Source: Balanoglossus misakiensis (taxonomy: Eukaryota > Animalia > Hemichordata). Taken from it: DNA of 64,000 nt. The notes under the pieces are model-generated. The model saw only the letters and a list, made by a program, of their open reading frames with translations, was not told the origin of the DNA and made no database searches. Position numbers and translations under genes: made by a program. Shown piece after piece: positions 1 to 12,296 of this stretch (its first letter is position 1; the number at the start of each line of letters is the position of its first letter). The stretch lies in assembly GCA_040954595.2 (NCBI GenBank), contig JBECUI020000032.1:1-64000 (forward strand), read 5' to 3'.

Positions 1-142
1 ATAAGGTTCCTTCCCGATACATTGTAAAAAAGCTGCTCTGCCTGAGCTTTTTTGCAATGCTCATGACAAGTTCTATGGGAAGCGCAAAAGGCAGAATTTG
101 GAAAGGAGGTACCGAAGCCTTCCTTCCTTTACGGATTTGATG

Positions 143-533
143 CTAACGCTTAGAAATTGAAACTTTTCCGGGCACCGGGGCGGCCATACTTCTTCCGCTC
201 CACCATCCGGGAGTCCCGGGTAAGGTAGCCATTAGCTTTGAGGACCGGACGGTTGCTTTCTTCCAGTTCCACGAGTGCACGGGCCAGGGCATGGCGCACG
301 GCACCGGCCTGACCGGTAGTGCCCCCACCCCCAACATTCACATGAATGTTATACTTTCCGGCACTTGAAACCGCCTCTAAAGGTTGCATAACCTGATTCC
401 GCAGAGAACCCAGGTAGAAATACTTCTCCAAGGTCTTGCCGTTAATCGTTATGCCCGCCTCGCCTTCCCGAATGTAAACACGGGCAACCGATGTCTTGCG
501 GCGACCGGTGCCCTGAGCAAGTAGGGTGATCAT
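143..533 (-). CDS. rpsI: 30S ribosomal protein S9 (indel near the 3' end; true end ...SKR)
   Basis: GTGRRKTSVARV, GGGGTTGQAGAVRH, LTRDSRMVERKKYG motifs; terminal SKR* lies in a neighbouring frame ending at 143. Confidence 0.95.
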
Positions 534-548
534 GTTCTTGAAATACCT

Positions 549-977
549 CTAAATATCCATAATTTCAGGTTGCTGCGCTGCATGGGGATGTGACTGGCCA
601 GCATAAACCTTTACATTTCTGTAGAGTTTGTTCCCCAGAGCACCCCGGGGAAGCATACCCCTAATGGCCTTCTCCAGAGGAACGGTAGGCTTTCTGGCCA
701 CTAGTTTCGGTAACTCTCGACCTTAAGGCTCCCAAGATAGCCTGAATGGCGGTAATAGAGTTTGCTATCCACCTTGTTGCCGCTGAGGACAACTTTATCT
801 GCGTTCACAATATCACGTAATCGCCTATTTCCTGATGGGGAACCAAAAGGAGGGTTTGTGCTTCCCCCGAACCAGTACAGCAGCCTTGACCGCTATGCGG
901 CCAAGGACCTTATCCCGAGCATCGATAATATACCATCGACGTTTGTCGGGATGGGGTTTTATATAAATTGTCTTCAT
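549..977 (-). CDS. rplM: 50S ribosomal protein L13 (frameshifted in this read)
   Basis: Hand translation: MKTIYIKP... and ...[36 protein letters not shown]; directly upstream of rpsI. Confidence 0.93.
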
Positions 978-1026
978 ATGGCCTCAAAATGCTGACTTTT
1001 CCTCCAAAGGTCTTAGAGAAAGTCCC

Positions 1027-1055
1027 ATTCTTTCAGAATCTTCCCAATACGTCAA
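1027..1055 (-). promoter_or_regulatory. putative sigma70-type promoter of rplM-rpsI
   Basis: TTGACG-N17-AAGAAT on the minus strand, about 50 nt upstream of the rplM ATG. Confidence 0.5.
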
Positions 1056-1087
1056 GTCAGGAGAAACGGCTAGGTAAGTCCCTCCGA

Positions 1088-2171
1088 CTAGATCCTGTTC
1101 CGCTACTAAATCTCCCACTTCACTTGTGGAGTAGCCCATGTTACCGGCCGTCAAACTCTTAAGCTTGGTTCCCGTTACTTTCATAACGGCATTTTCCACA
1201 GCCATGGAAGCCTCAGATTCACCAAGAACATCCAGCATCATGGCCCCCGCTATTTATGGAAGCCAGGGGATTGATAATTCCTCTGCCAGTATATTTAGGG
1301 GCAGAACCTCCTATGGGTTCAAACATAGAGATTCCATCAGGATTGATATTACCCCCGGCGGCAATACCCATGCCGCCCTGGGTAATGGCTCCAAGATCGG
1401 TAATAATGTCTCCAAACATATTGCTTGTTACCAAGACATCAAACCATTCAGGGCTTTTGACCATCCACATACACGCAGCATCGACATGATAATACTCTCG
1501 TACCACATCGCTATAATTGCTCCTGCCAATTTCGTGGAAAGCTCGTTCCCAAAGGTCAAAGACATAGGTAAGAACGTTGGTTTTTCCCACCAATCCAGAG
1601 TATTGGCCTCCCCTTTTCCCCGGGCCTTTCGACCGTGACTCTGAGCATATTCATAGGCATATCGGAGACAGCGTTCTACCTGGAAACGGTTGTAAACATG
1701 CTTTGTACGGCAACTTCTTGGGGTGTTCCTTTCATAGAGATTCCCCCGGTACCAGTGTAGATTCCTCCAGTATTTTCCCTGACAACCACATAGTCAATGT
1801 GCTCAGGCCCCCTTGTCTTTTAAAGGGGAATCCACACCAGGATAGAGCTTTACAGGACGCAGGTTAATATACTGATCCAGTTCAAAACGCAGGCGGAGAA
1901 GAATTCCCTTTTCAAGGATACCAGGCCTTACATCTGGATGGCCAATGGCACCAAGAAAATAGAATCACAGCTTTTAATCTCCTTCATTACGGTATCGGGG
2001 AGAATCTCTCCGGTAGCCAGAAAACGGTCCCCCCCAAGTCAAAGTCGACCATCTCCAGGGAAAATCCAAACTTCTCAGCGACAGTAATTAGAACCTTCTT
2101 CCCCTCGGCCACCACTTCGGCACCCGTTCCATCTCCAGGCATTACAGCGATTTTTAATAGGTTTTTGCCAA
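1088..2171 (-). CDS. leuB: 3-isopropylmalate dehydrogenase (several indels)
   Basis: [48 protein letters not shown] motifs spread over ORF fragments; ends approximate. Confidence 0.88.
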
Positions 2172-2214
2172 AATTATTCTTCCCTTTTTCTACAATGTAA
2201 TTCCCGTCTCTATT

Positions 2215-3753
2215 TCAAGAATCAAATTTTTCCATTTCCATGTTGTCCATAAGTTCCTTACGGTTAACAGCATTGATATAGGCCAGGGCTGAGGCTTCAA
2301 TAATATCAGTGGAAGAGGCCTTACCATCCACGGAAATCCCCTCAAAATTCACCCGAAGTTTTACCTGCCTTGAGCATCTTTACCAGCCCCCACAGCCTGA
2401 ATGACATATTCTTCCAAAATTCCCGAGAGTCCTGTACAGACGTCAATGGCCTTAAAAACAGCATCGACAGGACCATCTCCCGTTTGGGATCCCAGACAGA
2501 GCTCTTTCCCTTGTTTAGACATTTGCACCGTGGCTGAGGGAACAACCTTATTTCCCGTCCAGGTCTGGAAGGAATTCAGACTCCAGCCTGTAGGTATCTC
2601 CCCAAGTACTCCAGAAACCAGGGTGAAAAGATCTTCATCATAAACCTCTTCTTTTTTCAGCAATGTCAATAAATTTTTTATAGAGTTCATCTATCTGATT
2701 GCCATGAAGAACAATGTTGTACTGCTTGAGCTTCTGTTTAAGGCATGTTTCCCTGAATGGCGCCCCATGACCAGGGTTTCGCGACTGCGACCTATCGTTG
2801 CCGGATCCATTATCTCATAAGTTTCCCGGTGCTTGATCATACCATGTTGATGTATTCCAGATTCATGGCTGAATACATTGTCCCCAAAAATCGGCTTGTT
2901 TCTGGGAATTATCAGACCAGTGAGATTCTGCAAGAGTTTTGCTGTGGATACAGATACTTCGTGTTGATCTTGGTCCGGACATCCCAGAGGTCTCGGCGCA
3001 CTTCCAAGGCCATAACTAATTCTTCCAAAGCGGTGTTGCCTGCCCTTTTCTCCAATGCCATTGAGCGTTACTTCTACCTGTTCAGCTCCCGCCTTGACGG
3101 CAGCAAGAGAATGGCCAGGGCCAGGCCAAGATCGTTGTGACCAGTGGGTTGAGAGCATCACACCCCGGCCTATTTGGGGTATAGATTCTCTTGATTTTCG
3201 CCATCCTCTCTCCATATTCCTCAGGCATGGCATAGCCTACGGTGTCGGGAATGTTTAAAGTATTGGCTCCGGCAGCCACGGCTGGTTGCAGGGCTCGAAG
3301 CATAAAATCCCAATCGGAGCGGGAGGCATCTTCTGGAGAAAATTCTATTAGTTCAAAACCCTGAGACCGGGCATAGCTAATATGCTCGGTAATGGAGGCC
3401 AGAATTTCTTCTTCGCTCATGCGAAGTTTGTACATCATATGAAGAGGGCTGGTAGCAATAAAAAGATGAATCATTTTGTTGGGACAGTTCGACAGAGAAT
3501 CCCGCACGGCATCGATATCAAGTTTTTGCACCGGGCCAGGCCCACCACACAGCCTTTTTTACTACCGTGCTATTCGCTTAATAGCTTCAAACTGCACCGG
3601 TGACGAAACAGGGAAACCTGCCTCAATGCGATCTACCCCCAAACGATCGAGAGCCTCGGCGATCTCAATTTTTTGTTCCATCGTCATCGAAGCTCCAGGA
3701 GATTGCTCACCATCCCGAAGGGTGGTATCAAAAATGGTAATGTTACGTGTCAT
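2215..3753 (-). CDS. leuA: 2-isopropylmalate synthase (several indels)
   Basis: [61 protein letters not shown]. Confidence 0.92.
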
Positions 3754-5346
3754 CTCTTTTCTCCGCATCTTTTTTTAACTTATAGGTAAGTGATTCCACT
3801 AAGGCCCGCCAAGAGGCCTCGATAATGTTTTCGATACTCCCACAGTACCCCAGTGTAGTTCTCCGTCAGTACTGCTGATAAGCACCCTGGTAAGTGCCGT
3901 GGTGCCTTCTTCTTCATTGAGAATACGCACCTTGTAATCTGTCAGACGGACTGAGGTCAACTGAGGGTAAAAATTTACTAAAGCCTTCCTCAGAGCTAGA
4001 TCAATAGCCTCTACAGGACCTTTCCCTTCGCTAACCACATGCTGCTGGGAAGAGGCATGATTACCGGTTTTCTGCACGTCATGGGAACAGAAACCTTGAT
4101 GGTGGCTTCCGAAAGGATGTCCCCCCGTCATTTTCCCAAATATGAACCCGGAATCCATGGACGGTGAAATAGACTTTGCTCTTTCCCATCAGTTCATCGG
4201 AGAGAAGTTCAAAAGAAGCCTCAGCACCTTCAAAATGGTATCCTTCGGCCTCTAGCTCCTTTACCTTTGCCACTATGGTTCTAGCGTGGGAGTCTTCATT
4301 GTAACTCCCATCGCCTTGGCCTCTGAAGTATGTTGCTCTTGCCTGCCTGGTCACTAACGGCAATAGAGCGTTTATTTCCCACCCTTTCGGGAGATATGTG
4401 CTCATACATCCTTGGGTTCTTTCCAAACAGCGGAAACATGGATTCCCCCCTTATGAGTGAAGGCTCTCTCTCCGACATAGGGGAAATGGTCTTGGGTGTG
4501 TCTGATTAGAAAACTCCGAAACCAGATGGCTCATGTGAGTAATTTCGGAAATCTTTTCTTCAGGGATGGTAGAGTAATCCAGTTTCACGCTCAAGGTGGG
4601 GATGACACTGCACAAATTAACATTACCGCAGCGCTCTCCCAAGCCATTGATCGTCCCCTGGACCATCCGGGCACCCTGCCGGACGGCCATGAGCGTATTG
4701 GCCAGGGCAAAACCACCGTCGTCATGGGTATGAATACCCAGAGGAGTTTTCACTCCCCGCGAGGCCGCTAGGAAGCGGTTGTTATCTCTTCGGGCAGGTT
4801 TCCCCCGTTAGTATCGCAGAGGACTATCCAGTCAGCCCCTGCCTCAGCCGCTGCCTGAATGGTTTCCAGGGCATACTCAGGATCTTCTTTGAAACCGTCA
4901 AAAAAATGCTCGGCGTCATAAATAATCTCTTCACACTGGGGCTTCAGATACGTCAAGGTAGAAAAAATCATATAATGTTTTTCATTTTGGTTGTCTTTAG
5001 CCCCTCCTCCACATGAAGGCCACTCTTTCCAAAATGGTATAGACTGGCGTCTCCGCCTGTATAAGATCGGCAAGGATCTTATCTTTGTGTGGTTTGGCAA
5101 GTTTGAGACATGTGGAAGAAAAGCACAGAGCTTGGCTGAGGACAAAGGAGATTTCTTCATCTCTTCAAAGAACCGGCCATCCTTTGGGATTGGAACCAGG
5201 CCAGCCTCCTTCTATGTAGGCAAAGCCCATTTCGTCAAAGAGCCGGGCCAACTTAATTTTATCTTCCACCGAGAAGTGAACTCCCGAGTTTGAGCTCCAT
5301 CCCTCAGGTGGTATCATAAAAGAAAAATTTTCTTTTTGTTATTCAT
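3743..5346 (-). CDS. cimA: citramalate synthase (several indels)
   Basis: N-terminal DTTLRDGAQ (frameshifted), [60 protein letters not shown]; RBS GGAAGG. Confidence 0.88.
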
Positions 5347-5470
5347 TGTTCCTTCCATTACATCCTTTGATTCTTATGCAAAAACAACAGACCTAATCCA
5401 AACTTCCCTATCAGACTTGAAAAGGTTGATCATCAACGGTAATATAATTTGCAAGGAAAAGATTTTAAAG

Positions 5471-5569
5471 CTATCCTGCTTCTGCTGTGATGATTGCCTT
5501 TTCTATGTCAATAAATAGATAGCTAAAAAACAGCTCAATGTTTCTAGGTAGGAGGGTACTAAAGGTCAT
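5471..5569 (-). CDS. putative 32-aa Leu/Ile-rich leader peptide of cimA-leuA-leuB
   Basis: RBS AAAGGAG then MTFSTLLPRNIELFFSYLFIDIEKAIITAEAG*; lies between the promoter and cimA. Confidence 0.45.
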   Translation of the reverse strand: MTFSTLLPRNIELFFSYLFIDIEKAIITAEAG

Positions 5570-5602
5570 GAGTCTCTCCTTTTGGCTCTCATGCTCTGCA
5601 AG

Positions 5603-5631
5603 AGTCTAAGCGGAAAGGTCCTACGAGTCAA
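5603..5631 (-). promoter_or_regulatory. sigma70-type promoter of the cimA-leuA-leuB leader
   Basis: TTGACT-N17-TAGACT. Confidence 0.65.
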
Positions 5632-5727
5632 GAGGGGAAGAAACCTTTTTGTTGAGAACTTTATTCTTTAAGAGAAAATTTTTCACTTGAAGAGTTCCAT
5701 ATTCCCTTTTAGGTGGTAAAAATATTC

Positions 5728-6966
5728 ATGATTTCTCATCAAAACAGTTATAAACTGCTTTTGATAATTCAAAAGCTTCAAAGGATATACGATTACGAAA
5801 TCTTATTGAAAAGGCTCCTCCACGAAGTCCGAACCTTGTTGAATGCAGATGCTGGGACTCTCTACATCCGCGACGAAAACCGACTCTACTTCAATACATT
5901 GAGAATCAGACTTTATTCCCGACGTAAAGGCTTAAAAATGCTTCCCTATACCGAACGTAGCATCCCCTTGAACAAAATGAGCATGGCTGGTTTCTCTGCT
6001 GTGACGGACAGACCCTTATGATTGATGATGTTTACAAACTTCCGAAGCAAAAAGATTTTCACTTTCAACCGGGAATTTGACCAAGCTACCAACTACCGGA
6101 CAAAAAGCTGCTGGTTGTCCCCTGCAAACGGCCCAAAACAAGGTCTTGGGTGTTTTACAGATCATTAATTGCCCAGCGCGAAGGCAAGATAGTTCCTTTC
6201 TCAAACCAAGACCGCTTACAAACAATCTTTCTATCGAACAACATTGTCTTTGCCTGGAAAAAGCTACGATAATGCAAGAAATGATCCACCGCACGATTAG
6301 CATTCTTGAACTTCGGGATCCCTCCGAAACTGTAAACCACTCCAAACGAGGTTGGTGAATATGCCATGGCACTTTATAACAGATACGCCAAGGACCAAGG
6401 ATGTTCTCTAGCAGAACGTAACATGAAGAAGAGGGCCCTTGGAACAGCAGCCATTCTCCACGATGTGGGAAAACTTGGAATTGCCGATAACCTGCTGTCT
6501 AAACCTGGGCTATTTAAACAAAGAAGAAAAGTTACTCATGGGCTGCCATACCATTTATGGTGCTCAGCTTTTCCCAATACCTATTCTTTGTGGGACAGAA
6601 TTACCCAAGAGGTCGTTCTCAATCATCATGAACATTGGGATGGAAGCGGGCTATCCTGGTTATATAGAGAACTTAAAAGAAATCCCCACCAAGTTTGGTC
6701 CTGGCAAGAAAGGAAAGGACATTCCCCTCTCAGCCCGAATTGTGACCATCTGTGACGTATACGATGCCCTTATGTCTGCCCGAAGTTACAAAGAACCCTG
6801 GACCCAAAGGGCAGCGATTCAGTATATAAGAAGTAAAAGCAGCAAGTACTTTGATCCGCAGTTAGTCAACATCTTTTGTGAAATAGAAGATGAGCTCCAA
6901 ACTATACCCAAAGATTTAAAGATTAACCTCCATAATTGCGACAGACCATTCTCTTACCCTCCATAG
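5728..6966 (+). CDS. GAF + HD-GYP domain protein (c-di-GMP phosphodiesterase-like; indels)
   Basis: LNADAGTLY (GAF), ELRDPSETVNH, AILHDVGK, HHEHWDGSG(YP), IPLSARIVTICDVYDALMSARSYKEPW, FDP. Confidence 0.85.
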
Positions 6967-7339
6967 AAGGAAAGTACAGGCTTAAGACATTTATTTTTAA
7001 AATCTGGAAGATCCCGAGATATCTATGAAAGTCCATCTCTCCTCCAGAGGAAAATGTTAAGGATCCGAGCATTGAGGTCAGGGGGTTGCCATGATTGAGC
7101 ACATACACCAAGGGCTCGAAGCTGCAAATGACAAGGAAGATCCATGCCGTAGGACATCGCAAAGCCTGGAGCATCCAAGATGAACTGGAAAAGAAGTGAT
7201 GAAGTTATTAAAGGACTACTCAGGCTTCTTGGCTTTGACAAAAGACCTGGCTGTCAGTATTGACTGAGTTACAGATGGAAGATGAGAACCGCTTTCCTAC
7301 AATATCCAGATTTCCCAGTACGATAGAAACCTGGACACA

Positions 7340-10300
7340 AGGGGTAGAAAAAGCTTCAAGAAATGGGAACGTTGGCTGGTTCGGTATCTCTATTAGTACT
7401 CCATTTGCCATTCCAGACTGGTATACGTGAGGGTAATAGCTGTCAGGGCCCTCTACCAGGTCGGAATATGCCAGTTGGTATTGGACAAGGTTAGATTGTT
7501 GGTGTACCAGGTTGGAGTTATAAGCTGCTCCCTGCTGACCTCTCTACAAGCACAGTTGGAATCTCATGGGGATATCCTCCGGATTGGTGAGGTTCTGGCC
7601 TTTGTAAAATGGTTGTTGGACTCCCTGCTAGTCCCGTCCAGACTTCCGGTCACTCCCACCCACACTATTCCTTCCCTTAACATTTCCAATGGCAAGATTG
7701 TTGTTGAGCTGTCCACTGGTTCCGCCCATATACAATCCGGTTAAACCACCCACATAATCTTGCCCTGTAACGTCCGACAGCGTAGGTCCACTGTTGAGGA
7801 CTTTCCGACTTACCGATTAGACCACCTACATAGTCTTGTCCTGTAACGTTCCCGACAGCATAGCTGTCTCTTACCTCTCTACCGACGCTATGACCGATGA
7901 GGCCGCCAACATAATTACCTGTCGCTACTACTTCACCTGTAGCATAGCTATGACTTATTTTAGCAGTTGTCGATGGTTCACTTGCATAACGTCCTATCAA
8001 GCCACCAACATAGTTCTGACCTGAGACAAGACCATTGGCATAGTTGTGTATTGGGCAATTTAGAATGTCCAAGAAGACCACCAGCATAATCCCCTCCCGC
8101 CTGAACCTTGCCTGTGGCATAGCTCCCCGAAATGAAACTCTCGCTACCACCAGCACTATCTCCAACTAGACCGCCTGCATAAGCTCCAGTCGCTTCTACA
8201 TCACCTGTGCTATAGCTGTTGCTTAGTCAACTGTCTCAGTTTTTCCAATCAGGCCTCCCACATTCGTACTCCCTGTACTTCTACTGTGGAATAGCTAGTC
8301 TTGATTACACTAGTTTGACTACTATCTCCAATATACCCGACCAGGCCTCCCACATTACTTGCTCCAGTAACTCCCCCGTTGCCGTCACCATCTTTTTCGA
8401 CATAGCTATTTTCTACCGTGCCGCTGTAAAGATATCCAATCAGGGCTCCTGTGGAATCCTGTCCCAAGACAATAGACCCCACCAGCCCAAGATTGGTGAT
8501 TTTCCCACCTACTCCCAAAGTCCAAATAAAGCAACAGGAGAAGTGGAAGTAGGCATATCTATTTTCATACCGTCAATGCGGTACGCCATGATTTTCAGGG
8601 ACATAAAAGTTGCCGGAGAATCCATTGTCTAGATAGTTTCTCCGTTAGCATCGAAGGTTCCAGGAGTAAGGGGGGTCCAGTTTCCATTCAGAGTAACACT
8701 GTCGCTGTCGTAGGGGTCATCAAAATATCCATCATTGTTGGCATCAGCAAAATTAAGGCTCTTTTTCAGTTCGAAGCCCAGTTAAGGGATAGTTCACAGT
8801 ATCCACTCCAATTTTGGCAAGCTCGCTTAGACGGTGGATGTACTGCTTACCCACAACGGTGGGGATAAGAGGGGTAGAGTAGCGGAACTCGGCACCAGCA
8901 TTATCAGGTCGAAGACGTACATAGTAAGTTTTCTCATTGACCAGTCCGCTTATTGTCACATCCTCAGAGCCAGAGTAGGTGATGGTCCGCAAAGGAGAGT
9001 CCTGATAATTGTGATTATCAAAGACTTCCAAAGTCCCCTCTGCCCCGATGTCTGTTCTGATACTTACAATTATAGTTCCTGATCGGGGTATAACATCGGT
9101 GATGGTAGCGATATAGGCACTGTAGGGGTATAGGGATTGCTAGCAGCCTCAACCACGACACGGTCTCCCTGGGGATTTTCTCCTTGCGCTCGAATATAGT
9201 AGGGATTGTTTCCCTCAGCCCCCTGATAAGAAGTTCTTCAGGAACTCCCGAAGCCTTAAAAGGATCAACCAGGATTCCTGGATCAGAGTAATCCGGTTGA
9301 GTATGAATTCCGATGCGAATCTTCCGTGTCGAGCCGTGCATTAACGCTAATTCTGAACTCTTTGACACCGGGCTGGACAGTAAGTGTGGAAACCGTGGGA
9401 TCCGAGTTACGAGAATATGGATTATTCTCGGGTGCAAACCAAACCTCATCAAAAGATTCCCCTGGGGATCTTTTCCGAGACCCCGGATATAATAATCCGT
9501 ATTTTCTTCCAGACCCTCAAAGCTTTTTTCCTGGAGACCTTCCGTAGTAATAAACGAATCGATGGATATTCCCGGATCAGAAAAATCTGTTGAGTATGGG
9601 CCCAGAAGGTAACCTCAAAGCCGACTGTACTGAAGAAAGTAACCGTAATGGTCTCCAAACTGGTTTTGATTTCTTCCAAGCTGATGGAGAAACCCGCAAC
9701 GGGGGTGTATGGATTGTCCAACGGTTCAACCCAGGTAAAAGCTCCAGAAGAAGTTTCCCCTCGAACCCGAATATAGTAAGGAGTTCCATTGTTCAAACCA
9801 GTCAGTTTTATATTCTGGGCTTCCCGTTGGTTAGAACAGGATCCGTCGATATTCCCGGGTCAGAAAAATCTGACCGTGTATGGCCCCAGAGAGTAACTTC
9901 AATGTCGGGAATAGCTGTGAAGGCAACCCTAAGGCTCTCAATACCGGGTAGGATATTGTCAATGGTGAGACTGGGTATGAGAGTTGGGTGTAGGGGTTGT
10001 TGGAGACTGTAAACCAGTTGCTGGAATGTCCTTGGAAATTCTTCCCGAGGACCCGGAAGTATACGGGGTATCGTTGTTCAGACCATCAATCTTCAGATCA
10101 AAGGAATCTTCTGTGGCTAAAGGGGAATCCATTGTTATCCCAGGATCGGAAAAATTCTCTGTGGTATGGGCAGAAACTGTATAAGTAACTCCTATGATGC
10201 CCTTGAAGTACAGGGTAACGCTGGCATCTCCCGGCCATATGTTTTCTACAAAACTAGACTTAAAGATGGGAGTTTTCTTATTGAATTCGCTCCAGGAAAA

Positions 10301-10872
10301 GAAACCATAAGCTCTTGACTCAAGGGGATAGCGCAAGGTGCTTCCCTCCAGGGAAGTTGAAAAACCTTGGCGGGATCGATGGAAAGGTTAGGCTCATGAG
10401 GGCCAAAATGGTCAACTCGGTAAGGACCGTACCCGCAAAAGCCAGATTACCTATAAATCTTATGCCACTTCCTAAGCTAACATTAGCCAGAGATTCAGCC
10501 GAATTAAATGCCTCTTCCCGATGCTGTTTACGCTATCGGGAACATCCAGACTGAGTAAACCAGTATTTTTAAAGGGCAGCTACTCCAATACTGATCAGGC
10601 TATTGGGGAGGCTCACACCCATAAAGGATTTGCCTTCATCAAAGCTACTAAACATAAAGGCCTCATCGTCAATCTTTGTTACAGGTTTATCAATAATCGA
10701 AGAGGGGATTACGATAGAACTCTTGTTTTCCCCAATGCTGAGAAACCAGTCACGATTACTTGGCTTCCGTCAACCCGGTAAGAGACATCTCCGTACTCCA
10801 TGGTAGTGGTAGTGGTATCACCGCAACTGAAAAAACCAGAACCACAAGAAACAACATAGAAGTGCCTTTCAT
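7340..10872 (-). CDS. large surface lipoprotein: BspA-type LRR, about five Fn3-like repeats, GLUG-motif beta-helix region (many indels; 3' end approximate)
   Basis: MKGTSMLFLVVLVF(F)SC lipobox; PDSVNSIGEEAF LRR; repeated HTxxDFSDPG...GLNNxTPY; repeated YVGGLIG / SYATGEV GLUG motifs. Confidence 0.7.
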
Positions 10873-11609
10873 AAACTGTTACCCCTTACTTGCTCCCTAT
10901 TCCCCATACACGAAGCTACTTACAATCTTAAGTCACTGGACAATAGTTTCTCTTGTATTTATTAGATATAATAATTCACTTTCAAAATAATTCTATAATT
11001 ATTTTGAAAAATTATGCTGGAAAACAGTATCAGAGTCTAGCCATGAAAATTGAAAAACCTCAAGACCCACCTAAAAACAGGGAATCCATCGGGTACCACA
11101 ACAACGCACTAGTATCGCTACCGTACCCCTCAACTCCGTAGAAAGTGGACAAGATCAGCGATGCCCCAGCTAGTCATCACCTCCTGGCTAAACATCCAGG
11201 TAGCAGGTGGATTGGATAAGCCGCCCCTACCTGAATAAAAGCTTTGTGTTGTGCATGGGCAGACATCAGAGAAGCGGAGATACAAAAACTATTGAAGGAA
11301 GCATGAGATCAAAGAAAAGTTAAGAAAAATCCACTTCTCTTACTTGAATACCACCCCTTTAAGAGTAAGCACCGGGAGTTTAACTGACCTGATAAGCAGA
11401 TTCTTCTTATCGTTTCAGGAAACAACAGAACCAAGGCCCTAAAATTTAGGATAAACCGTCTTCTCCCCTACAAGTTCATACATGGGGCAACAGAATAAGA
11501 CCCATAACCTGCCTTATGAGACACAGTCCCCTTCCCCAGACGAATCACACCCAACATCAAACCAGCAACTAAAAAACCAGCACCCGACCACACTCTCCAA
11601 AAATCACCA

Positions 11610-11682
11610 TGGGCGATACTGGACTTGAACCAGTGACTTCTACCGTGTGAAGGTAGCACTCTAGCCGCTGAGTTAATCGCCC
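11610..11682 (-). tRNA. tRNA-Val (anticodon CAC), CCA not encoded
   Basis: GGGCGATTAACTCAGCGGCTAGAGTG-CTACC-TTCACAC-GGTAG-AAGTCACTGGTTCAAGTCCAGTATCGCCCA cloverleaf. Confidence 0.96.
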
Positions 11683-11740
11683 GCAATCTCAAAGAATTCT
11701 ACCTATTCCCTATAAATTTGACAAGCATGAGCAAGAAAAA

Positions 11741-12257
11741 TCATTTTTCCAACAGATCCAAGTTTTAAGTTTAGGTTCAATAACAACGCGGCAATACCCT
11801 TCCTGCCGGTGACGATCAAAATAGTTTTTGTGCTGCTCCTCGGCAGGCCAGAACTGCTTCAAGGGAAGAATTTCCGTAACCGGAAGATTTTCATAAATTC
11901 CCAACGCTACCAACCTATCCCGAGAATCCTGAGCGCAGCTTCTCTGCACCTCATTTGAATAGAAAATAATGGAACGGTATTGGGTTCCCCGATCATTTCC
12001 CTGACGGTTAAGAGTCGTAGGATCGTGAGCAAGCCAAAAAATCGACAAAAGCTTAGAAAGAGGCACAATTTGGGAATCGTAGGCAAGACGGACCACCTCG
12101 GCATGACCAGTTCTACCAGAACAGACATCCTTATAAGTCGGGTAAACGCTCTGTCCCCCCGCATAACCTGGTTCTACCGAAGTAACCCCTTTCACACGGA
12201 CATAAACCGCCTCGACGCACAAAAACATCCACCACCCAGAACAATAGACGCATTCAT
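11741..12257 (-). CDS. msrA: peptide-methionine (S)-S-oxide reductase (indels)
   Basis: GGGCF(W)CVEA, GYAGG, GRTGHAEVV, HDPTTLNRQGNDRGTQYRS, AEEQHKNY; RBS AGGAGG. Confidence 0.93.
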
Positions 12258-12296
12258 AAACCTTCCTCCTGAAACCGCAGAAATACAAATAGAGAA

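Noticed and set aside
984-1087. C-terminal extension of LeuB in the ORF track
   Set aside because: Probable read-through from an indel; this DNA contains the rplM promoter
6967-7340. Possible small plus-strand gene after the HD-GYP gene
   Set aside because: Only short broken frames with no recognisable motif; cannot be supported
11610-11682. tRNA-Val as an island integration site
   Set aside because: No integrase and no duplicated tRNA 3' end found in the window
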